DNA from: the human T2T-CHM13v2.0 reference genome, Homo sapiens
Strand: one strand, 5' to 3'
Length of the DNA: 64,000 nucleotides
NCBI RefSeq assembly: GCF_009914755.1
Contig: NC_060925.1
Shown in pieces: positions 1-13,030 of the stretch. Each line of letters begins with the position of its first letter. Position 1 is the stretch's first letter. The translations under genes were made by a program, and so were the position numbers. The notes under the pieces are model-generated. The model searched no databases and was not told the origin of the DNA. It saw only the letters and a list, made by a program, of their open reading frames with translations.

Positions 1-449
1 AGAGGTCATAGTTTGCTTTCTTATTACCAGTGGATCCTCTGGTTGTCTTCATCCAACACCCACCTCCTGGGCCAGGCACCTGTGGATCTCTGGGGTGCAG
101 AGTTGAACACAGCCTCTTCTCTGAGGCATTCCCAGGTTGGGGGCATTGAACCAGGGTAGAAAGGGTGGATGGAAGGAAGTCCAGAGGCTTGTGGAAGCAT
201 GGAGGAGGAGCACACAGGCAGTTAGGAAAGACTTCAGAGGGTGTAGTCAATGGGTTTGGTTTTAAAGGATGCACAAGGATTTTACAGGCAAAGAGATTGG
301 TGGTGGGAATTCCACCCAGAGGGATTTTTATCCCTCTTCAGTACTTGTGACTCTGAGGGACCACACAGGTGTGTGCATGGGTTCTGCAGGACAGCCTCTA
401 GAGGTGGGAAGAGCTCACATGCTGTTTGTGTGGCTTGGTTCCTCAGTCA

Positions 450-1140
450 TGATCATCTCTGTCCCCTTGACATGTCATGGTTCCTAGCTACCTTCTTGTT
501 TTTGAGCATTTTTGCTGAACTTGTTCCATTTTGTCAGCATCTTTCAGAAAGTAGGAGTTAGCATGGTGCTTAAGAGAATGGTCTTCAGCACTACACTAGA
601 CCTCAGTTTGAATCCTGGCTTTGCCACTTATTAGCTAGGAAGTTAGACAAGTTTCTCTGAGCCTCAGTTTCTTTATGCATAAAATGGAAAGGCCATAATG
701 CCCCACTGGCCTTTGGGGGGTTTAAATCAGATCGTGAATGTGAAAGATTGACACTCATTCTGGCACAAAGCAAGTGGTCAGTAAACATCTTCTGAGGCCA
801 TATTCAAAGTGTGGGACCAGAACTGAATGCAAGTCAACTTGGGGGAGGCTGGCCAGAGCTGGACTCTTGCCTCATGGCCCTGACACTGGCCTTCTCATGC
901 ATGCAAGGATCACGGTGGCCCTTTTGGCAGACTCACCCTCTGCCGACTCACTCCAGGTTGCTTGGTCCCTTTGACTTCCTTCTCAAGGGCTGCACTGCTA
1001 AGTCACCTCTCCCCAACCATTTCCTGGAGCTGGTGGTGTGGTGGAGCCTTATCCAGGGCCTGACATTTCGGCTTGTGAAATTCCACTGTGGGTACATTTA
1101 GCCCATCCTTCAAGCCTGTCTTGAATCTTGGTCCTGCCTC
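450..1140 (-). mobile_element. L3/CR1 LINE fragment, split by a MIR insertion
   Basis: Segments 'catgtcatggttcc...ttgtcagcatctt' and 'gtgtgggaccagaactgaatgcaag...ttttggcag...ctgccgactca' resemble consecutive parts of the antisense L3 3' region on either side of the MIR. Confidence 0.6.
551..790 (+). mobile_element. MIR SINE, near full length
   Basis: tRNA-like head (ttaagagaatgg...tttgaatcctggctttgccactta), core (gcctcagtttc...taaaatgg) and tail (ctggcacaaagcaagtggtcagtaaa). Confidence 0.85.
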
Positions 1141-1529
1141 CTAGTATTTGCTAGCTTGTTTCCTAACAGGATTTCCTCCCAGGCCAATCCATCTAACAGG
1201 CTCTGGCCAGAGAAGCTTTTCAAAAATGCTGTTTTCCTCATATTCCTCTCCTGTTCAAAATCCTTCCATGGCTATTGAATGGATAAAGTTAACACTCTTT
1301 AGCCTGGCACATGAGACTCTTTATGATCCACCACCAACCTTCTCTTTGGACTGTTTTATTTTTTCCTGCCCAAATAGGGGTGTAATCATTTCTATATTTG
1401 AGGATTTTTGAGAGGATTAAGTGAGTTCATACTGGAAAAGTACTTAGAACATGACTTTTAAGAGCTGTGAGGGGTCTGAGATCTTCCACCACTTGCAAAC
1501 TAATGGGTTAGCCTGGTACCACTTCATGA

Positions 1530-1927
<398 letters not shown>

Positions 1928-2544
1928 AGAACCATTGTTTCCATATGCTATTCCCCTGGGCTCCAATTCCCATGGAGCAATGTGAAGAGGACCAGATGAC
2001 ACCTGGCATTTGAGAGTTGTATTAGGAGAGGAATCCCAAGTTTAAGGAACTTGAATTTGTTTTAAGCAAGCCTACCCTCTGCTCTAGAGGGAGACACTAT
2101 CTCTCTTTGTTCCTGTAAAAACATCCTTGAAAATAATATCTAGAACAAAGGCAGTCAGGCCTTTAATCACAAAACATGCAGAAATTTGAGACATCTTGGA
2201 GAATTGTGTATCAATGAGGGCCAGGTGCATTGTGAGTGCTTTGTGCATATCAGCCATGATGAGGGTGAGGGTGGTGGTGGTGGTGTGTGTGCTTTGCTTC
2301 TTTCAGTATGGTGGGTCTTCTCTTCAGTATCATCCTTGACTGTGAGTTCTGCTTTTTGTACCTTTAATTATGCAGTTCCCTCAGACCTCCCCATTCCTTC
2401 ACCTCTGCCTAAAATCTCTGCATTCTAGCTTTAGTTCTCCAATAAATCTCTCCTGACCATCCCAATTTAAATGGACCTCCCCTTTCTAAATTCTGACAGT
2501 GCCATCTGTTCCATTCTCTCAGCATTTAGCAAATACTGTTTCCC

Positions 2545-2860
2545 TCCCCTCAAGTCCTTTGCCAAGCTCTTCCCTCTGCCTGGAACTCCTGCCTCTCTCT
2601 CTTCAGATTAACTCCACCTCATCCTTAGTTCATCAGTTTAGGTGACACTTCCCCCAGAATGCTTTCCTGATCTCTCCTGTACCCAGCCTGGATTAGAGGC
2701 CTCCATTTTCTCCTGTGGCATCAGTGGTGACCTCTATATGGCATTACTTGCCTGGCTTCCCCTCTAGACTTGGAGGTTCTGGAGGATCCTTGTATGCCCA
2801 GTATCTGCCATAGTGCCAAAAAGGCATTTAATTAATATTTACAAATGAACAAATGATCAC
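2545..2860 (+). mobile_element. L2 3' end
   Basis: ccctctgcctggaac...cctctagact...tgcccagtatctgccatagtgcc...aatatttacaaatgaac. Confidence 0.7.
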
Positions 2861-3009
2861 ATGAATATATAACTACTCATATCAGATATTTATGCAAATT
2901 TAATAAACAAATCTAACCATATTGAAAGCTCTTGGAAAAAGCCCAGGGGACACAGATACCTCAGTAGGTATTTAGTGGCTGTGGATTGATTGATAAGATA
3001 TGCAATTAT

Positions 3010-3147
3010 GCTGGTACAGTGGTGTGCACCTGTAGTCTCAGTTACTTGGGAGGGTGAGGTGGGAACACTACTTGAGCTTAGGGATTCAAGTCCAGCCTTG
3101 GCAATATAGTGGGACTTCATCTCTAAAAATAATAAAATAAAATAAAT
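3010..3147 (+). mobile_element. FLAM_A-type free Alu monomer
   Basis: Single monomer gctggtacagtggtgtgcacctgtagtctcag...ggcaatatagtgggacttcatctct with an A-rich tail. Confidence 0.8.
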
Positions 3148-3649
3148 GTAATTAGTCAGTACATTCCCTTTTAGATGCAGCAATTTCACCTTGATTTAAA
3201 GGATATCTGTGAGGCCAAGTAGACCTCTATTTAAGAGTGTAAAAAAAAAAAAGAATGTATACATTGTCAAAGGTACTATTCATTCTGGTTTTATATAAGG
3301 GAAAATTCTAGTAAGCCTTCTCAAAGCAATTTAAAAACCATAAATTTCATGTTCCCTTAACTTAGTAAATTTCAAACCCATTTCATCCTTAATAGTCTAC
3401 AAAATCAACATCAGTTTCAACTAATGGTCTGTTTATAGCTTACATGGTAAGTTTCAAATTGCAAATGCATTTTTACACTGGCGTTTGAAGGTTGATATTG
3501 GAAAGAATGACAGAGGAGTCACCATGAAATGTGGAGCGGAGTTTGAGGCTAGCTCCCAGTTTTCCATAATGGGATACAATTATACCAAAGAATGGAAAAT
3601 TTTGGAAACTCAAACCAAGTGATAGGAGCCCTCATGACACTTGTTGAGG

Positions 3650-4283
3650 CTAAAAACTAGCCTTTCAGGATCAGATGAGCCTGCATTTGAATTCTGCTTC
3701 TCTTAATTACTGAGCCTAAGTTTCTTCATTTATATAAGTGGGAAAATGTGACACACAGTATAGGATTGACATGAGGATTCAATGAGGTAACACGTGTTTT
3801 TTTAAAAAAAGCCTAGCACAGTATGTGACACATAGTAAGCTCTCAACAAATGCTAGCTGTTATTATTATTATTATTACTAATTTGTAGTCAGGAAGACTT
3901 GGATTTGTATCCTAGCTCAGGCGCTGACAGCTGTTTGCTGGGCCTCTCAAGCTGAGGGACGTTGAGAACTTTCTTAACTTCTTCAAGCTTTGGTTTCCTC
4001 ACTTATAAAATGGGGACACTGGATCATACGGTTGATGTCATAATAAAATTGGAAGATGATGTGCAATGCTCTTAAGGAATGCATAGCACATGGTAAGCAC
4101 TCAGTAACTTGTGTAGAAAAATAAAGGTAATAAGAATTATTATTCTCTGCATCTCTTTTTTCCTTATTTGTAAATCTGGAAATACCAGTGTTGCTATATG
4201 ATTGTAAGGATTGGAAATAATAAAGTATCAAGTGTAATGTTAGACACATAGTAAGTAGGTACCCAAGAGATGGAAGCTATTGT
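3650..4283 (+). mobile_element. Three tandem MIR fragments, same orientation
   Basis: Repeated MIR core/tail motifs (gaggattcaatgagg, gcacatggtaagcactca, acacatagtaagtagg). Confidence 0.75.
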
Positions 4284-5399
4284 TTCTAGACCCTCCCTCC
4301 TCCTGCCTTTGCCTGGCTTCCAGGTCCTGATGAATGGATGCGGCAATTTCTATTTTCAGGGGTTTCTCTGAGAGCACTGAGTTGGGGTGAGGGGCAAGAG
4401 AGGGCTCTGTCAACTGGTAACCGCAACCTGGAAGTGAACTTCCCTAATCAGCACTGCAGGATTCCAACAGCTGGTTCTACTTTGGAATCAATTGGAACCT
4501 CCTGGGCTCCTTGCTCTTATTCCGCAAGAAGCAAATGCCATCCCACAGCTAAGATTTAGAAATTTGCCACACCATATCAGAAACAGATCCATTTGCCAAC
4601 AAGGTCAAGGCTCCCAAGGCCAAGGCCCCTGTTCTGGAGCCTCTGTAGCCTGCCGGGTGGCCTTGGAGGCTGAGCCTTCAGCCATAGGTCAAGGCTGCCT
4701 GTGGCACTGCCCACAAGCACTATCCTGCCACTGGCCACTGGGAAATACCACCCCAAACACCCAGATTTTCATTTCAAAGAGTGAGTCACATTCAGATGTG
4801 GAAAGCATGTTAAATAACAATTTTTAGAATATGAATGTTATAGTGCAGCAGCAAGAATGCATTTGGTTTGGAAAGGAAGTGTTTCCTAAGTGCCTGCCTT
4901 ATAATTTCTTCCATCTGCCCATATTTCTGGTGGGCCCTTGAAGTCTCTAGGGCCTCCAGAGTAGCCAGTGCTGCCCTGGGTGCTTTAGGTACCAGAAGAT
5001 ACTGGTTGAATGGCTGTTATCAGCACTAGCTGAGGTTTGAGTCAACAGGTGAAAGAGCAGGCTGTTTCCTAATTCTGGGCTTACTTGCTGTATGGCCTCA
5101 GGCAAATTCCTTGCCTTCTCTGAACTTCAGTTTCCTCACCTGAAGAATGATGGGGGTGGGCTATATCTTCTTGAAGCTGCCTTTTAGCTCTTTGATTTTC
5201 TGATCACAAGTGATCGCTAATGCTATAATTGCTCAAAGGATGAAAAACAGCAAATGCCACTAATTAAGCACTTATGGGTCCAAGGACTGTTAGGCATTTT
5301 AATAGATAATTTAATGAACTGAATGAATTACTGCAAACATCCATTATCTCTTTTGGAAAAGAGAGTAAAAAGGGAGGTAAAGTGATGAGTGGAGCACTT

Positions 5400-5580
5400 G
5401 TTACATATTTGACACTGTCCTCGATGCCTTAATACACATCATCTTGTTTTGTCCTCTTTTCAAACTGGGAAAGTATTATTACCACAATTTGTAGAAGAGG
5501 AAACTGATGCTTAATGGGGTAAGTAACTCACCACATAAGTGATGTAGCCGAGGATTTGAACCCAGTTTTGCTACTTAGAA
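5400..5580 (-). mobile_element. MIR
   Basis: gaagaggaaactgatgc...aagtaact...ggatttgaacccag. Confidence 0.7.
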
Positions 5581-6379
5581 AGGGTGCATGTATCTGTTTT
5601 CTTCCTTGGTATTGAGCCCCTTTCATGCAGGAAGTGCTCAGGTCAGCGGAGGTCCTGTGTAAAGATTGGTTAAATGTATGAGGAAAGTCTTGGTGACCAG
5701 CTTGGAGAGAGCCAGGACTCTGCCAGAGCACACCAGATGTGAGGAAGGGGTGGGATGCCGTAGAGCCCAAGTTCCTGAGTCCCCGACCTTGGGGCAGCTG
5801 CATCTACCTGGCACCCCTAGCAGCCCACCCCATGAATGTGTCTGGGTTATCCTTGACCCCTTTTTCTTCAGCAGAGGGATCCAGTGAGCAGGACAGCAAA
5901 ACGGGCCTTGGTGTAACTTCTGGAGAAACAGGGACAAGTGGAAGGAAGGTGGCAGAAAGGGAGAAGAGGAGATGGAACAGGGTGCAGAAACCTGGAGGCC
6001 AAGGGCCCAGCCAGAATGGAGCCTCACGTGCTGGGAAGAGCCATTTTCCCCAAGGCAGGCCAGGGAACCCCATCAGCTCCTGTTTCACATACCACTGACC
6101 CCTGCTGGTGAGTAAAGATGGTGCCAGCCTCCAAAGGTTCCTGGGGAGAAGGCCCCATGTCCATTTCAAAAACGGGGAAATGGACACCCACACACATTCA
6201 CTCCCTCAGCCTTTTCTTTCCACTGGATAAAGCCTCCAGAAACACAATGAACTTTACAAAATTTATGATGCTAGTCTCAGGGAATATGTCCTGGTGGCAG
6301 TAAGAGAATAGAGAACCCAGGAGTCCTTGCTCAGCAGCCTTTTCTGGCTGCAAACATCTGCAATCTGGTTAGTCATGCT

Positions 6380-7050
6380 TTCATTTATTCAACAAATATT
6401 TGCCAAGCTCCTACTTTGCTCCTGACACTTCTAGACACTAGGTGTAAAACAGTGAACAAAATAGAATTTATGACTGCCCTTGTGGCACTTACAATCTAAT
6501 CGGGGGATGGGATAGAGGGCTGCATATCAGTTTCCTGTGACTGCCATAACAGACTGCCACAACTGGGTGGCTTAAAAATGACAGAAATATATTGTCTCAC
6601 AGTTCTGGAGGCCAGAGTCCAAGATTAAGGTATTGGCAGGGTTGGTTCCTTGAGAAGGCTCTGAGGGAGGATCTGTTCCATGCTTTTCTCCCAGCTCTGG
6701 TGGCATTCCTTGACTTGTAGATGTATCCCTCCAATGTCTATCTCTGTCTTCATACTGCCTTCTCTGTGGATCTCTCCCCTTGTCTATTCTGATAAGGATA
6801 TTTATCATTAGAGTTAGGGCCTACTCTGATCCAGGATGATCTCACTTTGAGATCATTAACCATGTCTACAGAGACCCTTTTCGAAGTAGGATTACATCCA
6901 CTGGTTCCAGGGGGACATTATTTTTGGGGGGACCCCATTCAACCCACAGCAGGAGGCAATAATAAAGTTAGATAAACAAGCAGTTACATGATTGCACATT
7001 GTGATGAGCAGTGAGACAGGAGAGTAAACCCACAAAGCTGCAGAATAAAG
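6380..7050 (-). mobile_element. L2 3' fragment interrupted by MLT1
   Basis: tcatttattcaacaaatatttg...actgcccttgtggcacttacaatcta; continues after the LTR. Confidence 0.65.
6521..6951 (-). mobile_element. MLT1B/C MaLR solo LTR
   Basis: tcagtttcctgtgactgccataaca...ggtggcttaaa...tctcacagttctggaggccagagtccaag...ccattcaacccacagca. Confidence 0.85.
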
Positions 7051-7412
7051 ATAATACAGCTGTTGAATACTTAATTTCTCCGAACCTCAGATTCTTTACC
7101 TGGAAAAATGAAAATAATAATGCCAAACTCATAAAGAAGTAAGGATGGAAGGATTCAATTACTTAGGAGTTAAGTTGTTGATTAAATACATGAAAATGTC
7201 ACTGGCAAATAGTTGTTTATTAGGATTTTTTTTTTCTCCACTGGCTTCCAAATTTCCTCCTCTTCCTTCCTTCATTCATTCACTCATTCATTCATTTATT
7301 CAATATATTTTGAGCTCTTTCTCTGTACTAGATTTTTTCCTAGGCCCTGAGAATGCTGTAGGGAACAAAATAGATAAATTTTGGTTCCTCATTGGGCTTA
7401 CATTTTCATCAT

Positions 7413-7963
7413 TGTGATGGTTAATTTTATGTGTCAACTTGACTGAGCTGTGGGGTACCTAAGTATTTGGTCAGACATTCTGAGTGTTTCTGTGAGGGGT
7501 TTTTGCATGAAATTAAATTGGCAGACTGAGTAAAGCAGATCGTCCTCCCAAATGTGGGTGAGCCTCATCCAATCAGTTGAAGGCCTGAGTAGAACAAAAA
7601 CCCTGACCCTCCCCTGCATAACAGAGAATTCTTCTTGCCTAATGGTCTTTGAACTGGGACATTGGCTTTTTCCTTGCCTTTGGATTCAAATAGGAAGAAT
7701 GGCTCTTTCTGGTTCTCAAGCCTGAAGGCCGTTGCTCTGTAGCTATACTATCAGCTCTCCTGGTTTTCAGGCCTTTGGGCTTAAACTGAAACTAAACCAT
7801 GGCTCTTTTGGGTCTTCAGCTTGTGGACTCATCTTGCTTATCTTGAGACTATCCTGCCTCCATAATTGTGTGAGCCAATTCCTTATGATAAATCTCTGTC
7901 TCACTCTGTACATGTATACACATTCTATTGGTTCTGTTTCTTTCAAGAACCCTAACATATAGA
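7413..7963 (+). mobile_element. MLT2 (ERVL) solo LTR with 5-bp TSD ATCAT
   Basis: Begins tgtgatggttaattttatgtgtcaacttgactg and ends ttggttctgtttctttcaagaaccctaac; ATCAT at 7408-7412 and 7964-7968. Confidence 0.9.
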
Positions 7964-8196
7964 ATCATCTTAATCATCTTCATCCCCTTTGTATTTGTCC
8001 AGTGCCTTCTTCATCCATTAGCTCTTTTTATCCACAAAACAGCATTGTGAAGTAGGCAGAGCAAACATTTTGAAAATACCCATTTTACAGAGGGAATCTG
8101 AGTCCTAGGGAGGGTTCCCTTTAACTGCTATGCCATGGTGCTGACTCCGCCATGGGAGAAATATAATGTCCCTGTGGCCAGAGGGCACATAGGTAG

Positions 8197-8597
<401 letters not shown>

Positions 8598-9224
8598 TAA
8601 GTCAGATTTTTAACCCTTTTTAACAAAAGAGCAGTATTTTGATGATGATTATGATTTTTTTTTCTTGTGGCCAGAGTGGAAAAACAATCACTCTCCTCTT
8701 TGATTTTTAATATAGCATTGGTCATCAATTAGAAACCTCTTAAGATTTCCTGGGAAAGGAATATGACACTGCTAAGATATGGGCTAGGCAAGTCTTGTGA
8801 CATAATATGTAAGCAAGATATTCTAGAAATGCCTCAACTAAACTAAAAAAAAAAATCTAGATGAGTCATGGAGACTCAGGTTTAAAATGATTTTAGAATG
8901 TATCAATTCTGGTCCCTTTCTTATATAGCGGAGGAGTTAATTGGCTTACCAAGGTCCACACCTTAAAAGTAATATATTGACATTATTTCAAAGATAGCTT
9001 GACTTCCAATCCATTGCCCTATTCATTATTTAATGCTTATGTGGTGAATGCAGACTGTCCTTCCTTCTCCCAGCTCTTGGTGTATTGTATGCCACCCCTG
9101 TGGAGTGGGAAAGGAATGGTGGTAGAAAAGGTGTTTATACTCATTTTTCCATATTTCTGTGCCCATAGATGATGCTTTGAAATGCAGGTTATCACTCTTG
9201 GCCCTGCATTTGTGAGAAAAAATA

Positions 9225-9440
9225 TTTTGGAGTCAAACAGACCTGAGTTTCAATCCAGCTCCTTGCTTGCTTATTGCAGAAGAATGGTCGAATTATGTAA
9301 TATCTCAAATCTCAGATTCCTTATTCATTAAATAGACCTGGTGGCTGTATTTACTATTCTAATTTTCATGTGAAACTATGAGATAATGCATGTGAACCTG
9401 TCAGCACAATGCCTGACATAGTAAATACTCGATAAACAAT
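9225..9440 (+). mobile_element. MIR
   Basis: tttggagtcaaacagacctgagtttcaatcc...agcacaatgcctgacatagtaaatactcgataaa. Confidence 0.8.
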
Positions 9441-9448
9441 ACCAATCA

Positions 9449-9776
9449 CAATTGTCCCTCGGTATCCATGGGGGATTGGTTCCAAGATCACTGCAGATAC
9501 CCAAATCTGAGGATGGTCAAGTCCCTGATATTAATCTGATATAAAATGGTGTAGTATTTGCATATAACCTACACACATCCTCCTGTATACTTTAAAGCAT
9601 CTCTAGATTACCTAATACAATGTAAATGCTGTGTAAATAGTTGTTATACTGCATTTTTTAAAAAAGTATTATTTTTATTGTTGTTATTTATTATTATTAT
9701 TATTGTTTTAAATATTTTTGATCTGTGGTTGGTGAAATCTGAGGATGTGGAATCCATAGATATTGAGGGCTGACTA
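9449..9776. mobile_element. MER2 (TcMar-Tigger non-autonomous)
   Basis: Termini gtccctcggtatccatgggggattggttcca and ggaatccatagatattgagggctgact; internal aaaatggtgtagtatttgcatataaccta. Confidence 0.85.
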
Positions 9777-10399
9777 TTAATAAGGTAAAATTCCAGCATT
9801 GAGGGATGTTGAGTGGGGGCCAGTGGGGCCAAGAGCACACACTAGGTCTTCAAGGCTAGGTTCAAGGCTGCCTTCCCTGGCCACTCCAGTTAGCAGTGAG
9901 TGCTTTCTCATGGTGCCTGCCATACATGTTGTTTTATATTGTCCCTGTATCACTATGAGATGTCTTTCTTTTCTGACCCAAGGTTTTTTATGTGCAAAAT
10001 GGGGCAGGGCAAGGAGGGGAATTATCTACCTCACAGAAGTTTTGAGAGATTTAATTGAGTATGAAAGTACTTGGCAAACTGAGCAGTGGGAACAAACTTT
10101 CATTTGTTCATTCATTCATTCACTTACCACATGTTTATTAAGGAAAAGCTGCTGTATATTGGCATTATGTGTGGTTGACGCTGGGAAAGCATTAGTAAAA
10201 AAATCTTGTCTGTCTTCTAGAACTTCATTGTTAAGTAAGAAAGAAATTTCAATATAACTCTAATATGAGATTTTTATTATTTTAATAATTATTGTCATCT
10301 AATTTCTTGGTATAGATGAAAGCTCTGGGATGGCAGATACCTTCATGAATATTACTGATAAAACATGTCAAGGGGTCAAACCAGGAAATGGCACAAGTG

Positions 10400-10860
10400 A
10401 AACTTGCAGAATATGATCATGCCATTCCCCTGCTTAAGGTTCGTCAGTAGCTCCAAGGATAAAATCCCAGCTTCTGAGCAGGGCATTTTCGAGGTCCTTC
10501 TTCATCTGACTGCTGCCTCCTTATGCCATCAGGCCCTTCCCCATGCTGTTTCCTCTGTTGAGGATGCAGTTCCTCCTTTTCTTCTCTGCTCAGCAAACCC
10601 TAGTGGTCTTGTAAGACACCACCTCCTCCCAGGGCCCTTTCACTACTCCTCTAGGGAAGATCGACACCTGTGAGCTCAGGGACCTGTGGCTGCCTCCATT
10701 AAAGTGGCAACTGCCACCTTTTATATATTTGTCTGCACCCCCTGGTAGATGGAGAGCTCTTTATGCTAGCGACTTTGTGTCCCTAACACCCGACACGGAA
10801 CCTGGGACACAGAAGGCTCGGTGTGTGTTTGTGGAGTGAATGAGCACACGTGTGAACGAG
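10400..10860 (+). mobile_element. L2 3' region
   Basis: catgctgtttcctctg...acaccacctcctcc...ccctaacacccgacacggaacctgggacacagaaggctcg...gtgaatga. Confidence 0.65.
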
Positions 10861-11234
10861 TGTCAGTCATTCTTTGCTACCTTCTCAAGTCTTGGGTTGA
10901 ATACATTAGTTAAAAGATCAATTAAAGTGAATTGGGAAGCAAAAATTACTTCTTTGCCACTGCCAAGATGAGAAACGTGATTTTCAACCAAGGCTCCTCA
11001 GAACTGTTTAAATCTGTGGCTATCATAAATATGGGTATGGATTCCAAGGATAACAAGAGAAGCTGAAGCCCACCAGGAGAGGGAGAACTCTATGACTCCT
11101 TTTTCTCCAAAGAGGGCTCAGAAGTTTTTCTCAGTGTTGCCAATATCAGAAGAGGAGAAGAATGCTCCATGTCACCAAGCATCTACAACCCTAGACTAAG
11201 GACTTTCATGCTGTTGTTTAAGAATTACCCTCTG

Positions 11235-11544
11235 AGCCGGGCCTGGTGGCTCACGCCTGTAATCTCAGCACTTTGGGAGGCTGAGGTGGGCAGATCACCT
11301 GAGGTTAGGAGTTCGAGACCAGCCTGGCCAATATGAAGAAACCCCGTTTCTACTAAAAATACAAAATTAGCTGGGTATGGTGGCGCATGCCTGTAATCCC
11401 AGCTACTCAGGAGGCTGAGGCAGGAGAATCGCTTGAACCTGGGAGGCGGAGGTCGTGGAGAGCCAAGAACACGCCATTGCACTCCAGCCTGGGCAACAAG
11501 AGTAAAACTCCATCTCAAAAAAAAAAAAAAAAAAAAAAGAGAAA
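11235..11544 (+). mobile_element. AluSp with TSD AATTACCCTCTG
   Basis: Sp-type positions (gaagaaaccc, gcgcatgcc, ccattgcac, caacaagag), A-tail, TSD at 11223-11234 and 11545-11556. Confidence 0.92.
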
Positions 11545-11924
11545 AATTACCCTCTGTAATTTAATTTTCTCCTGGCATCCCCATGGTATAATTCATCGAA
11601 ATTTTGTTGTGGGGTCCAGAAGGGCTGTATTGGAATCTTGGTTCTTCTACTTGCTAGTTTTGTGACTTTGGGACCCCTCTGAGCCTTGGTTCCTCCTTTG
11701 TAACACACTCATCTTACATCATGGTGAGCCAAATCCCATAGAATGACATCTGTACCATGTAGCCCAGTGTCTCATACACATCCAATAAGTGTGGGCTCTC
11801 TTTCTTCCCCATCACAGAAACTCACTCTGAACATGCTTCCAATTGTTACCATTGATGATTTATGTTTGAGTCTGGGAAGGTGTTTCTTGAAATCTGATAG
11901 CAATGACAATGACAACTGAGTTCA

Positions 11925-12140
11925 TCATATGGAGTGATTACTGTGGACCAGGCACTATCCTAACTGCTTTACTTATATGGTTCTTTATGATAGCTCCATG
12001 GGGAAGCAATATTGTTATCCAGTATTGTCAGATGAAGAGACTGAGGCACAGAAAGGTTATAAATCCTGCCTAAGTTTATACAGCTGATAAGTGGGGAGCC
12101 AGGGACTCTGGCTCCAGAGTCCCACGGTATTAACAGAGCT
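11925..12140 (-). mobile_element. MIR
   Basis: ccaggcactatcctaactgctttac...cagatgaagagactgaggcacagaaaggtt. Confidence 0.8.
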
Positions 12141-12639
12141 TGTCTATTGCCCACACTTCAGCCAGATAGAAGGTCGGGGGAACAGCAGTTAACTAGTAGT
12201 GCCACGCCAAGCCACTACAATTTCAACCTGAAGCAAAAGAAACTTGGTCTTCAAGATAGTCTGTGGAGGTCACATTATTGACAAGTATATGATTTCCCAT
12301 ACCTTTTGGAATATTGAAAATACCTCTAGGTACCCTTCTCTCACTGCCTTTACTACTTTCCCAGACCCTTTTGGGTCCACAGGTCTGAGGTTGAAAATCC
12401 TAATGTAACCTAAATTTCTCCTGAAAAGGAACTCAGAGAGATCAAGTGAGTTTTTTGCTCCCTTGCCCCATACTGAGATTGTAGTATATGAGGAAAATGG
12501 CAGTTATAATAAAAATACTAATTACCACATTTAGAGCCTTGTTTAAATATAGTAAACAATATATTTTTGATCAAAAACAGCCTCTTAAAATTTATCAATA
12601 ACTTTTTATATAATGGCTTATTTGATGGAAATGGTAATA

Positions 12640-13030
12640 ATGATAATAATAACCATGAACCTACTGAATATGAAATATATTAATAAACCATCTTAAAATG
12701 TTATTTACTCTTCACAACAATGAGAAAAATGTGTATTATTTTCTCTGGTTTACAGATGAGGAAGCAGGTTCATATGTTATCTCATTTAATTTTTGTCATA
12801 ACCCTTGAGGTTGGTTCTCTTACGATCCACAAAACATGAGGAAATTGAAGCTCACAGAGGATAAGACATTTGCTCAAGCTCACACAGCAAATCAGAGGCA
12901 GAGCTGGGACTCGAACCCAGATCTTTTTGACTCAAAAGCCTGGATTTTGAATTGCTGTGCTGCAGTTCTCAAAGTAACCCATAATGTAGGCAAATATCAT
13001 CCCCATTTTGCAATGGGGAAACTGAGGTAG
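12640..13030 (-). mobile_element. Cluster of 2-3 MIR fragments
   Basis: ttacagatgaggaa; atgaggaaattgaagctcacagagg...ggactcgaacccagatc; atggggaaactgagg. Confidence 0.75.
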
